The notes beneath the pieces were generated by a model. The model was not told the DNA's origin, did not search any database, and saw nothing but the letters and a program-made list of their open reading frames with translations. A DNA stretch of 64,000 bases from the human T2T-CHM13v2.0 reference genome, Homo sapiens: the NCBI RefSeq assembly GCF_009914755.1, contig NC_060930.1; one strand, written 5' to 3'. Below, piece after piece: positions 14,632-28,448 of the stretch (positions are counted from its first letter, which is position 1; the number at the start of each line of letters is the position of its first letter). Made by a program: the position numbers and the translations under genes.

Positions 14632-14666
<35 letters not shown>
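14627..14666. repeat. (CA)n / (TACA)n microsatellite
   Basis: tacatacatacacatacacacaca…caca. Confidence 0.95.
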
Positions 14667-14667
<1 letters not shown>

Positions 14668-15275
14668 CCCTCCGGTATTTTACTGCTGGTCAAAGGATTC
14701 ATTTTCGCAACCTCTTCTTCGAACACCTTCCCCACCTGAGCAGTGCATTTTCCCAAAGGTAAAGAGAGATAAGGGAGGAAACACAGCACCCAAGGTGATC
14801 AGTCGATTGGACACTGTTGATGGCACATTCTCCTCGTTCCCAACCAACCGCACAAAACCCGCAACACCTCGCGTCCCCGCGGGGTCTCCCGCGCCCCTGG
14901 CCCGGCCCTCCCGGCCGCCCCCAGCAGGCGCCCCGCTCTCCGCGGGAACTCTGGGACCTGGCCGAGCGTTCCCCGGCGGGCAGGACACTCGCCCGGTTCC
15001 CTGCAGCAGCTGAGGGCGGCGAGCGGACCGCGTCCAGGCAGCGACGCGGGATTCAACTTCCCGGACCCGCGGCGCGGCCCCCGCTCCCGCTCAGGGCGCC
15101 GCGGCCACAGCTGAGACCCCAGCGCCGCGCAGCCGCCCCCGCCGGGGCATGGGCGGTCTCCGCCCCCTCCTTCCTTCACCTCCCCCCTACCTTGAAAAAA
15201 ATCCATCCATTGGTGCAAAGCAGACATTTTGATGTCATTTACTTAGCACCGCTTGTTTTGGAGGCAGCGTCTTAC

Positions 15276-15435
15276 CCGGTCGCCTGGAGGTGTGGGCAGC
15301 GCGCCGATGGGTCCGGGGGAGCGGGGCTGGGCGGCTCGGTCCTCTAGCGGAGCCGGTTTGCTGCCATCCGCCCAACTTCAGCACCCAGCGGGCGAGGAGA
15401 GAGGGAGAGCGGCGAGGATGCAGAGGAGGGGGAGG
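15276..15435 (-). other. RGS17: Non-coding exon 1 (5'UTR) of regulator of G-protein signalling 17; TSS approximate
   Basis: Donor GGCGACCGG|GTAAGA at 15276/15275 inside the CpG island. The sequence …CCCACACCTCCAGGCGACCGG matches my recollection of the RGS17 mRNA 5'UTR. Coding exons would lie outside the window to the left. Confidence 0.8.
15344..15367 (-). promoter_or_regulatory. uORF MAANRLR* in exon 1
   Basis: ATGGCAGCAAACCGGCTCCGCTAG entirely within the inferred exon 1; +4 G, -3 C. Confidence 0.6.
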
Positions 15436-15483
15436 GGGAGGAGGGAGCGGTGGGCGGGGAGGGAGCGAGAGCCGCTCGGCAGC

Positions 15484-15493
15484 GCGCATGCGC
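15484..15493. promoter_or_regulatory. NRF1 consensus site
   Basis: Perfect palindrome GCGCATGCGC ~50 bp upstream of the inferred TSS. Confidence 0.7.
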
Positions 15494-16626
15494 CTCGCGG
15501 GCCGGCGCAGCCCCTCGCCCGGCGCGGCCGGAGGGGCAGCTTCCCAGCCCCTGCGCGCGGCCGCGAGAGTCCCGGCCCCGCCCCCTCCCCGGGCGGCCCC
15601 CGGCCCCGCCCGACCTCGCGCGCTCGCCTGGGCGCGGCGCCCACCGTGCGGAGGGGCTCGGCCGGGACTCTCGGCTTCGGTGACGCCCGTCCGGAGCTTC
15701 GCGGGAGGCCCGGAGTCCCGAGAGCTTCCCTGGGTGACAGCGGCTCTCCGCCCGGGCCCCTGCAACTCCACTCGCCCGTAGCCCGCGCGCTGCTGTCCTG
15801 GGCTGCGCGGGAGCCTTGCACCCAGGAGCCGGCCTGCCAGGCACAGCAGCCTGCCTGCTCCGGGTCCCGGAGGAAGCATTCCCTGCGTGGGGGTTCAAGG
15901 AAGTGTGAAGTTAAGCAAGTTTTGCTTCCCGAAGGACTTTATGAAGCGTCCTTTACTTTATTGACTTCCTCGCCCAGAAAGAGGACCTTTTCTCCTAAGA
16001 ATCAGTGCAGGTGCTCTCTGGCCTAGCCCATGCCAGCTGCCTCAGGCGCCCGGACCACTCGCTGGAGCAGAGTTTTGAGTGAGAAAAGCCGATGACAAGG
16101 CAAGAGTGGAGAATTATTAACGGAGGTGCTGATGCTTGGGGCCTAGAGCATCCTTAGGGGACAGCTTGGTAGTTACCAGGTCTGATAATCGTTCTGTGCC
16201 CAAGTGGAGCCCAGCTTGGTAGGGAAGGAGCTTGGGATACTTAATGCAACCCGAGCGCTAGATTGCATCTCCAATGATTAGACTAAAGTGTTTGTGCGGA
16301 GGAAGTGGAGAAGCAGTGTCTTGCTCTTCAGATACCACATCTGTGGGAAGAGGAGGGAGTTCCTGCAGGAGTGAATGGGCTTTTTTTTCTTACACCTAAT
16401 TAAAACAGATTACTTGTAAATCTGTGTGAGTTCCCCTTCCTTGTGTGTTCATGTAAGCAAGCGTTGTGTTATTTCAGCCTACTGAACTCTCCTGTGCCTC
16501 CATCCTCATAGACTCACGGGTACTTGGGTTAAATATGTCTCAGGGCCTCCTCCAGGGCCTCCCATGGCTTTGAGTACTAGTGCTCTTCAAAGTGTCTTCA
16601 TTTTTGTTGGATTTCACAGAAGTATT

Positions 16627-16993
16627 TGTCTTTGTCTTCCAGGCTGCTATAACAAAATACCATAGACTGGATGGCTTATAAACAACAGAAACTGATTTCT
16701 TACAGTTCTGGAGACTGGGAAGTCCAAGATCAAGATGTAGGCAGATACCTTATTTGGTGAGGGCCCAATTCCGAGCTCATGAACTGCTGACTCCTTGCTG
16801 TGTCTTCACGTGGTGGAAGTGAGCAAGGGAGCTCTCTGGGGTCTCTTTTATAAGGACACTAGTCCCATTCATGAGGGCTCCACCCTCATGACCTAACCAC
16901 CTTCCAAGGGTTCCACCTCTTTATATCATCATCTTGAGGGTTAGAATGCGAACATACGAATTTTGGAGAGACAAACACGGCTAGTCCACTGCA
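16627..16993 (-). mobile_element. MLT1A-type MaLR solo LTR
   Basis: ggctgctataacaaaataccatagactgg…; TG…CA ends; 5-bp TSD gtatt. Confidence 0.9.
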
Positions 16994-17592
16994 GTATTGA
17001 TTCGCGGTGGATAAAGATAAAAGTTCTTCACCAAAAATGATTTGAGCAGCGTTGAATCCTATATAACTTTCAGATTTATGTCTTCAGTCCTGTCCTGGCC
17101 TCACACAGAACTCTTATGTCCTTCACTACCTTTACATCTCCACTTGAGGAATAATTGTCGTAGCTGGTATTTATTGAACAATTACTACATGCTAGGTACA
17201 GATCTAAATTCTCCTCATATTTCGTATTCGTTGTTCACAACAACCCTACAAGGTAGATACTATTATTATCATGGTTAACAGGCATCTCAGAAGCGGAACT
17301 CCGGATATCCACCCCCTCCAAACCTGTTCCTCCTCAAATTGTTCTACTCTGTTGTTCATTCCAAAAATTTAGAAGTCATCCTCGTTTTGTTGCTTTCTTT
17401 CATCCCCGCACTCAATTAATTAGTCATGTTTTCTTCACCTCCAAAATATATTTCCAAGGTATCTACTTTGCTCCCTCTCTACTGCCATAACCTTAGTCCA
17501 AGCTATTGTCATCTCTCACCTGGGCAACCACAAAAGCCCCTATTCTGTCTGCTCATTTCTATCCTCCACAACCCCGAACAACACCCTCCTAA

Positions 17593-18972
17593 TGAGAGGT
17601 GACAGCGTGCCGGCAGTCCTCACAGCCCTCGCTCGCTCTGGGCGCCTCCTCTGCCTGGACTCCCGCTTTGGCGGCACTTGAGGAGCCCTTCAGCCCACCG
17701 CTGCACTGTGGGAGCCCCTTTCTGGGCTGGCCAAGGCCAGAGCCGGCTCCCTCAGCTTGCAAGGAGGTGTGGAGGGGGAGGCGCGAGCGGGAACCGGGGC
17801 TGCGCGCGGCGCTTGCGGGCCAGCTGGAGTTCCGGGTGGGCGTGGGCTTGGCGGGCCCCGCACTCGGAGCAGCCGGCAGGCCCTGCCGACCCCGGGCAAT
17901 GAGGGGTTTAGCACCCGGGCCAGCGGCTGCGGAGGGTGTACTGGGTCACCCAGCAGTGCCAGCCCACCGGCGCTGCGCTCGATTTCTCACCGGGCCTTAG
18001 CTGCCTTCCCGCGGGGCAGGGCTCGGGATCTGCAGCCTGCCATGCCTGAGCCTCCCACCCCCTCCATGGGCTCCCCTGCGGCCGGAGCCTCCCCGACGAG
18101 CGCCACCCCCTGCTCCACGGCACCCAGTCCCATCGACCACCCAGGGGTTGAGGAGTGTAGGCGCAGGGCGCGGGACTGGCAGGCAGCTCCACCTGCAGCC
18201 CCAGTACGGGATCCACTGGGTGAAGCCAGCTGGGCTCCTGAGTCTGCTGGGGACGTGGAGAACCTTTATGTCTAGCTCAGGGATTGTAATACACCAATCG
18301 GCGCTCTGTATCTAGCTCAAGGTTTGTAAACACACCAATCAGCACCCTGTGTCTAGCTCAGGGTTTGTGAATGCACCAATTGACACTCTGTATCTAGCTA
18401 CTCTGGTGGGGCCTTGGAGAACCTTTGTGTCTAGCTAAGGGATTGTAAACGCACCAATCAGCGCCCTGTCAAAACAGACCACTGGGCTCTACCAATCAGC
18501 AGGATGAGGGTGGGGCCAGATAAGAGGAGAAAAGCAGGCTGCTGGAGCCAGCAGTGGTAATCCACTCCGGTCTGCTTCCACACTGTGGAAGCTTTGTTCT
18601 TTTGCTCTTTGCAATAAATCTTGCTACTTGCTCACTCTTTGGGTCCACGCTGATTTTATGAGCTGTAACACTCACCGCGAAGGTCTGCAGCTTCACTCCT
18701 GAAACCAGCGAGACCACGAGCCCACCCGGAGGAACGAACAACTCCAGACGCGCTGACTTAAGAGCTGTAACACTCACCGCGAAGGTCTGCAGCTTCACTC
18801 CTGAGCCAGCAAGACCACGAACCCCCCAGAAGGAAGAAACTCCGAACACATCCGAACATCAGAAGGAACAAACTCCAGACGCGCTACCTTAAGAGCTGTA
18901 ACACTCACCGTGAGGGTCCGTGGCTTCATTCTTGAAGTCAGTGAGACCAAGAACCCACCAATTCCGGACACA
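17593..18972 (+). mobile_element. LTR12C (HERV9) solo LTR, full length
   Basis: Starts tgagaggtgacagcgtg, ends ccaattccggacaca; 4-bp TSD ctaa; repeated CCAAT boxes at 18293-18500, GATA at ~18519, AATAAA at ~18613. Confidence 0.95.
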
Positions 18973-19006
18973 CTAAGAGCTGAAGGATCTTTTAAAAACA
19001 ATCAGA

Positions 19007-19328
<322 letters not shown>

Positions 19329-20461
19329 TCATACCCTTTCTTAACACGCTCAAATGAGTTTTTTTTTTCATTGCACTTCAAACACAATTTGTAATTCTTA
19401 AGACAGCCTGGAAGGTTCTATATAGTATTGTCCCTAACTAGTTATCTTATACCACGCTTCTGTAGATCATAGCTAGTGTGTTTTAGCCATGTAGACCTGC
19501 TTATTTGGGTTTCTTGAAGAAATCTAACTTGTAATATTTGCTGTTCTTTCTGTTGGGAATCCTGTGCACCAGATCTTTGCATAGCAGACTCCTTAATATC
19601 ACATAAGTGCCTCCGGAAATATCACTTTTCAGAAGGCTTCATCTGACCACCCAATCTAATCTGCCCCAGCGAGTTCTTTTCTGTTGGATCCCCTTATTTC
19701 ATTGTCTTTAAAACACTTCACTATCTGAATCAGCTTGGATTCATTTGTTTGCTTATTCATTCTCCTCAGCCCCTGCTAAAGTAAAGAATCTCAAGAGCTT
19801 TGCTTTCACTTTTCAGTGTTTTATCTCTAGTGCCCAGAACAAGATTTGACACATAGTATATGCTTAGTGAATGAAGGATGGATTGAAAAAATAACAAACT
19901 TAGAAAAAGTGTTCTTTATTGTTTGCTGATGCTTCTTCTTGGATCCTAATTGCCGCCTTTCAGAATCTGTTGCTTTTCAGAAGTGAACAGATAGACCACG
20001 TTGTTTCCTCTGCCCAACCTATCACAGATGGTGCCATGATAGACTACACTGTTTCCTCTGCCTAGCTCACCACACATGGCTGCATGCAGGGGTGCTCCTT
20101 TAAACTAGATGATAGGGTAAGGTTCCCAGAACCCACTTTTAAAACAAGCATATTCAATAAAAAAGGGACCCTTCCATAAATTCTTATAATGGCTATTTGG
20201 GCAATTTTTATATGACAACTTGGCTATTCTGCTATTCATTTAATTGCTTAAGCCAAATGTAACCCCTTGGTGACTTTCTTTCATGGTTGTAGTTTTTTGT
20301 GTAATCCCTTATGCATGAGCCAGAATCTGTAATAATAGTATTCTAGGACTGAAAATGTTGCCTACCATCTGAGAGTTGACTAGATGGGTGGAAACAACCA
20401 CAGCTTTAATGACATTCACCTTGTGGAGTCTGATCACTTGCAGTCCCTGTGTATATCTTGG

Positions 20462-20893
20462 TGGTATGGTTTGAGTTTGTTCCCTCCAAAACTCGTATTG
20501 AAATTTGATCCCCAACTTGGTGGTGTTGGGAAGTGGGGCCTAGCAGGAGGTGTTTGGGTGCTGACGGTGGATCCCTCATGAATGGCTTGGTGCAGTTCTC
20601 CAGGTAGTGAGTGAATTCTCACTTGGAGGAGACTGGAAAAGTTCTCATGGGAATAAACAAGTTCCCTAGAGGGGAGATTCTTACAAAACCAGGATGCTCC
20701 TCAGGCCTTGTCTCTTTGCATGTGTCCACTTCCCCTTTGACCTTCTTTGCCCTGTTGTGATGCAGCCTAGAAGCCCTCAGTGGAAGGCAGGGCCAGGCCC
20801 TTGAATTTCCCAGCCTGTGGAACTGTGACCTAAATAAACCCGATTACTCAGTCTCAGGTATTCTGTTGCAGCAACACGAAACAGACCAGGACA
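20462..20893 (+). mobile_element. MSTB/MSTC-type MaLR solo LTR
   Basis: tggtatggtttg…accaggaca; 5-bp TSD cttgg. Confidence 0.88.
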
Positions 20894-21875
20894 CTTGGTC
20901 TAGGGAGTTATCTGCAACCCCACTGACATCAAGTGATGACCAGATCAATAATTCAATTCAGTAAACTTCATTAATATCTACTATATGCCTAGTATTATGT
21001 CTTCAAATTTTTTGCAAAAAATGTAAATGTTATATAAAATTATCCTACAGGACTCAGAAATGGATTTCAGTTCATTTTGGCAATGGGGATGCCTTCTCTT
21101 TATACAGAATTTCAGAGCTCACTGGGCCAGTCATCATTAAACAGCTATGTGGTAATTATGAAAAGGAGCATTTGATCATGAGCATTTCCCTACCATAATG
21201 AATGTGTTTTTTTTTCAAGTAGAGAAATTCTGGACACAGCAGCAGTTTAGGTATAATGGCTTTACAGTAAGGCACGAAGGAGATTTGCAGAGAAGATATT
21301 TGCAGACAGAAAATATTGCAAAAGTGCAGACTATCAACATCAAAGTATTTAGTGTACATTTATCCATAATTAGGAATATTTGTCATTATTAGGAGAGCTG
21401 GAAATTACCTCAGTGAGTTTGGTACCCTACAAAAGTATTTCCAGGAAGAAACTATGTAGCATTTTAAAATTTCATTCTCTTTTCCTACATGCTTATTTAT
21501 TTAAAAGAAGCTGTTTTTCCTTTGAAAAGCAGAGGGAAAGGAAATTAATTGTTTGCTTGAATCTAGAAAACCCTGACTGCTCCAGCCAGGCAAACTTCTC
21601 CAGAGTGGAATGTGGAAGGATAATTAGAACATGACTGCTTCAGCAGACTTCTTCTATACTTTTAGTAAATAGAGCTAAACATGTTTCTCCAACTGATTTT
21701 AATCAAACCATTGAGACAGGTTCATCCCAGGGAACTTATTTAGATGGGAAATACTTGTGTTTCTTCATCAGTATTCAAAGAAGAGAAGAGAAAAGAGAAA
21801 AAGGAAAGATAGTCTGTTCCCCAAAAGCTAAAAAATGAAATATAGAATTTTATATTTTCTATGTAATGTACTTAA

Positions 21876-22197
<322 letters not shown>

Positions 22198-22902
22198 TGT
22201 ACTTAATTTTGAATAAATCATTAGCTATTAATGTTCCTTTGTTTAACTTACCAACTTTGAAGTTAAAAGGCTCACTATTACTCTTTCAGAATAGTGCTAG
22301 TAAATTTATATCTCAAGGTAATTGAGTGAGTCCCTAGAAATAGATATAAACATCTTTATGGGATTTTAAAAATCATTTATGCCCAATTTTGTATATCATA
22401 TATTCCCACAATATTCCCACAATGGCTTGACAATGTAGAGTTGGTTTGGGGTCACCCTAAATACTTCATAAAAGTATTCTTTAGATGGACCCTGCATATT
22501 CCCATTCAGCAAACCTATCATATCTATCATATTGTTGGATAACAGTCTTCCTTGGAAAATAAAGCAAAATTATCTTATCTAGAGAACATGACAATGTTTA
22601 ATTGTTGTAGTCAGATTTGCCTAGTATTTCAAATATCTGTTTTAGTCAAGAGAGTCAAATAATTTGGAAAAAGGGGATTCACAAGTATCAGGGCCATAGT
22701 TCTTGAAGAACCCCCACACTGTTGTTTTCCCTCCAAAATTAGTACTTTGAGAACAATGTATTCACTTGGTGAATAAGCTTGGGTAATAAAAAGTTGACTT
22801 CTAAATTCATTTCTTAGGATTTGATACATACATTGGCATATTAACATCTCTGAAAAGCCCCTTGATCAAAAAAAGGCACAATGCCTTCTAAATACACACA
22901 AA

Positions 22903-22903
22903 T

Positions 22904-22934
<31 letters not shown>

Positions 22935-22970
22935 GACACACACACACACACCACATACACACAACACACA
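22903..22970. repeat. (CT)n(CA)n compound microsatellite
   Basis: Seen directly. Confidence 0.9.
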
Positions 22971-23229
22971 ATAGAACCAGAACTCAACCCCTTGCTTTCT
23001 ACAGACCTTGATTCAAAATATCACCTTGTCAGCGAGGTCTTCTTTGTAACCCTACATATAATTCCTAACCCCTTCTAGCTTACATGCACACATACATAGA
23101 TATATACACATATGCATATATATGTGGTATCAAGGATCTCAATTTTATTGACAGTGTAATCTAAAATTAAAATTAACTTCAGTCATAGTCAGAATCTGCT
23201 CTACACAGATGTGTACTACACCTCTAGTT

Positions 23230-24130
23230 TTCTTAATTCATTCAGCCAATATACGCTGAGCATTTATTATGTGGCTGTTTGGCAGGCTCTGTCCCAGGTA
23301 CTGAGAATACAGCAAGGAACAAAAACAAACAAAAGTCTCTGCCCATACAGGGCTTATATTCTAAAGAGGTAGACAGACAAAGATCAATGTAAATAAGAAA
23401 AAAATATAGAATTTGACAATTATAAATGCTAAAGGAAAAAAGCAGGTCAGGAAAAGGGGATAGGAAGTATGTATGCATGTGAGTAGGAAGGGGTTATGAA
23501 TTACATGTAGGGGTGCAAAAAAGACCTCACTGAGAAGGTGAAATTTTGAGTTAAGGTCTGAAGAAAGCAAGGGGTTGAGTTCTGGATCTCTGGAGAGAGA
23601 GCATTCCAGCAGAGGAAACAGCTGGGGCAAAGGCCCTCAGGTCAGGTTATGCCAGTCATAGACAAAGAACAGCAAGGAACAAATGAAGGGAGTGGCAAGA
23701 GATGATATTAGAGAAAAGGAAGGTAATTATGTACCACCTTTAGCTTAGGAGGTTGGCTTGTACTCTGGGTGACTTGGAGATGTATTAAAGGATTTTCACT
23801 GAAGGACTGCCGTACAAAAAACTGCTAAATGTAAGTAAGAAAGAGACAATAACCAAATAGAAAATGAGGCAGAATAAGAATAGAATGATGCTGGCTACTG
23901 CATTGGGGATAGGCTGTATGGGGATGGACAGAATGCGGAAGGCGCTGGGCTATTGGAGTTGACTATGCGGGGGATGATGATGGCAAGGACCGGAGTACTA
24001 GAAGTGAAAGTGTTCAAGAGTAGTCAGATGCTGGAGATATTTTCAAGGTTGAGTTTGTAGGATTTGCTGTTTGGATATGTGGCATAAAATAATTTGAGGA
24101 ATCAAGGAAGACTTCACTGGCATCGGTCTA
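23230..24130 (-). mobile_element. L2 fragment
   Basis: attcattcagccaatat…ctgagcattt (antisense L2 3' end) followed by purine-rich L2 body. Confidence 0.75.
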
Positions 24131-25919
24131 ATCACAGAAACTTTCCTTTAATAATGATGTGCTTGAATTCCTGCTCCTAGAGCCCTCCAGTCCCCACAAC
24201 TGAGACCAATAAATTCCTGTGAATAGGCTTAACTCACTGTCCCTGCCGGGCTGCCAGGTATAAAGAGAAAAAGGGATTCCAGACAAAGGAAATTCAGAGG
24301 GACCTAAAGCACAGCCTGGCGGCTCAGCATCTGTCAGCCTCTTATACTGGTGCAGCTCGGGCCTTGTACCCCAGCTTCAGACCTTGCTCTCTTGTGTCAA
24401 TCCTCATGCCTCTGAATGCCCATTTTTGTTGTCTGGGATAGGAGTGACATTCTATCACCCAAGTCCTTCAACGGGATGAAGTCTTGATATAGTGCTGTAC
24501 TGCTGGCTACCTACTTCCAAAATCCCTGATGCCAACCACCTGCCTGCCTGATTTTCCATCTATTTCCTGTTGCTAAATCTGTTGACACAGGGCCTGCCTG
24601 ACTGCCAGGACATCTGCCTGCTGCCTATGGTTGGACCTCTATGATGCTGGCACCTTGCCATCCTGGCCTGGACCTTTGCCAGTTGCCCACTGTCACTGTC
24701 CCCTAAAGCTCTGTGGCTCTTTCCACGTGTTCAGTCTTACCAGTTCTTGAGTTAATTCATTCATTTAAGGATTGACTCATTCATGTTTGTATTTGTGCAT
24801 TCAGACTAACTGTGGTTAGTTTACTAAAGGCTAACTGTGGTTCATCTGTCTCTTAGGTTCATCTGCCTCTTAGGTTCATCTGCAAAAGAAAGGTGAATAA
24901 TTTAAAAAAGGATGGAGTCTTCCGTATGCTTTATTGTCTAAGTCCTAGAGAATCTCTTATAGTCGAGAAGGACATAGGCTAATGGTGAAGACAGATATTT
25001 GAAAGGGAACTGTGATAATTTCCCTCTATCTATAATCATCTTTTTTAAAAAAACTAAGACTTTTTTTTTCCTTGCAAATAGTGTGGTGCAGTGTTTTACA
25101 GCTTGGGATTGGAGTTAATCTGATTGAGGCTGGAGTTTTGGCTCTCCCACTTCCTAGCTGAGTTTCTTTGGCAAGTTAATTTACCTCTGATTCCTTCATC
25201 TTTAAAATGGGAATAACAACTAGATGTCTTACTGTTTTGGGGAAAATTAAATAACGTGTTCATGTAAAATGTTTTACCATAGCTTCTGACACGTACTAAG
25301 ACCACAATAAATTTTAACATGTCTTCATTTTCTTCTTCTCTTCCTCCTCTTCCTTTTTCTAACAGTCTAAATGGGGGCAAAAGGAACAGAGAAAGGGAAT
25401 TCTTGGTAGGAGGAAAACATTCTCTGATCACAGTGGCCTGGATAGGAATCCAGGCTTCTCATAGTGACCTGCTCTGATCTCAGTCATAACATGGTTTAGT
25501 AATTGCCTGTTTATTTGACCCTCTCCCTCATGAGACTTTTGTCTCTGTGGGCAGGGACTTTGCTTGCTAACATTAGCAGGTCCAGCCTCTTGCACAGTGG
25601 CATGTATGACGAAGTGCCCAATAAATATTTGTTAAATAATAATAACAATAAAAAATAATAGAAGAATTCCTGATGGTGATGTCAGTTGCATAAATTAAAA
25701 AAAAAAAGAATTCATCAGATGAAGGAAGAGCCAGATTGTTTCAAGCATTAAGGATAATGTGAGCAGAGAAGTAAGATATGAGACCTTTCCATGTGTTTAA
25801 GCAATCTGAAGTAGTGCTGGAGTCTAGGATATAGGATATTTATCTATCTATGTGGTGCATGAAATTATGAATTTTGAAAGGTTGGCAGTAATCAAATCAA
25901 AAAGGATTTGATTTGATTA

Positions 25920-26297
<378 letters not shown>

Positions 26298-26313
26298 CTA
26301 AGAGTAGGAACTA

Positions 26314-26628
<315 letters not shown>

Positions 26629-28181
26629 TTAGTCCTTACTTCTCTTTTTCAGACTTTTCTCCTTGACTAAAAATTTATGCTCTGGCAACACCAAAATGTT
26701 TGTATACCACCCGTCCCCCACCCCGCTGACATCACAATGCTTGTTTCTCTTGCTTTCTTTGCTTATGTTGTTCTCACTGCCTGAAATGTTCCCTTCCACT
26801 CCATCACCAATACCACAATTCCCCCATCACCAGCATCTCTTTCTCTCTGTTGTTACTCACACTTTAGCCCTTACTCCCAGCCAGTCATTAAACTTCACAT
26901 TCAGTAAGAGCTCACATGTGTCAAGCCTCCTGTTGAGTACTTTGTATCCATAATTCGATGTAATCCTCACAATAATCCTACAAATAGGTACTATTATTAT
27001 TATTTTTTTAAGTTGCAAACTTAAAAACATACTTTAAGAAATTATTCTACATTTTATGCATAAGTAAACTGAAGTTTAGATACGTTATCTACAGTGAAAG
27101 AGTGGCTAAACTATAGCCCTTGATACAGGAGCTACAATCCCCCTTGAGTTTTAGCATTACATTCTGCTGCTTAACAGAGATCATGTGACCCTGCCCTGTG
27201 ACCCCATAAACATCTATGTAACATTGTTTTTAGCAGTCTTGGTTGGGTCGAATATGAAGTTGACAGTCTTCTTTTTTCCAAATACAGTTTCAAACTTTTC
27301 TGTGTGAAATTCCTTTTCCCATTCCTTTATGATATCTTGGGCAGATTCCATAATTATCTGGTCACTTTCCATTATTAAACTAACTCCAGTACAGTTTAAA
27401 ATTTTAATTTATCTGTTCTACAACTTTTTTTCTTATTACAGGACAGGCTTTTGGCTGAAGGGACTTGGAATGCAGACCGGGTACAGTCTGCTCCGTCATT
27501 CCCTTCCCCACCTCCTTGTGCTACGGTCCAGTTCCACAGGGTGGGAGGGATCAGGGAGGAAAGATGTAGAGAAAAGGGCAAGCATGTCTTTGCTTAACTG
27601 GTCTTGGCCACAGTTCTCTCCCTGTGGCTGTTTGTGCTTTGGAGACAGACACTAATAGGCTGGCATGTTCATGGGTGTGGTGAGGACCAGACACTGGGAA
27701 TATCAGGGACTACAGGTGCACCATTGGGTTCTTCGGAGGGGTAGTGCACAGACGTCTCCTGTACAGTTCCCTGATATTTCAGATGCAGCTGCTGCTCCAG
27801 TACTGCTACAAGCCCCTCTCACACCAGTTTATGCCACAGGGGGTCTCCCGGCAGACTTTTATTGCTGAGGCCTGCTCAGTGAGTAGATGGCCTTCGTGAC
27901 TGGGACTCCAGTAAGTTGGCTCACAGGTAAGTTTCATGATCTCTACGCAATCATGAGAAATTCACACAGCCTTGCTATCCCAAAGGGTAGAGAACACAGG
28001 AAGCTCTCCTGCCATCTCCACTCTCTGCCCTGTTATCCATCTAGTCACAGGGCATTGAGAAAATTCCCATCTAGGAGATGTCCATTCAGTGTACTCAAGG
28101 TGATGCTCCTCTGCAGCAGACACTCTAGCCTAGAGCTTTTGTCTTTAAACAGTTTTTTTAAATATAAAATATATCATTTAG

Positions 28182-28356
28182 ATTGGGCATGGTGGCTCAT
28201 GCCTGTAATCCCAGTGCTTTGGGACACCAGGGTAGAAGAATCACTTGCGATCAGGGGTTTCAGGCCAACCTGGGCAGCATAGCAAGATCCCATCCCTAAA
28301 AAAAAATTAGCTTGGCATGGTAGTGTGCACCTGTAGTCCCAGCTACTTGGGAGGCT
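28182..28356 (+). mobile_element. AluJ, truncated in the right arm
   Basis: Alu stops abruptly at …ctacttgggaggct with no tail. Confidence 0.88.
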
Positions 28357-28448
28357 TATATACACTTTATTATGAAATACATTTCATAATAAATATATAC
28401 ATTTTATAATAATGTCTATATATATTTCATAAGTATATATTTCATGAT

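Larger units (their letters stand above)
13990..16060. promoter_or_regulatory. CpG-island promoter
   Basis: Very GC- and CpG-rich non-repeat DNA with GC boxes, in an AT-rich CpG-depleted background. Confidence 0.95.

Noticed and set aside
15377-15397. Possible REST/RE1 site (TTCAGCACC)
   Set aside because: Only the left half-site is present; no GGACAG at canonical spacing.
13802-16026. Many overlapping 100-257 aa ORFs on both strands
   Set aside because: Arg/Pro/Gly/Ala-rich frames are expected from stop-codon scarcity in a CpG island; no recognisable domain.
17599-19001. ORFs of 68-172 aa
   Set aside because: All lie within the GC-rich LTR12C.
24836-24882. Short 10-17 bp tandem duplications (also ~10585, ~22401, ~57111, ~62961)
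   Set aside because: Ordinary slippage micro-duplications.
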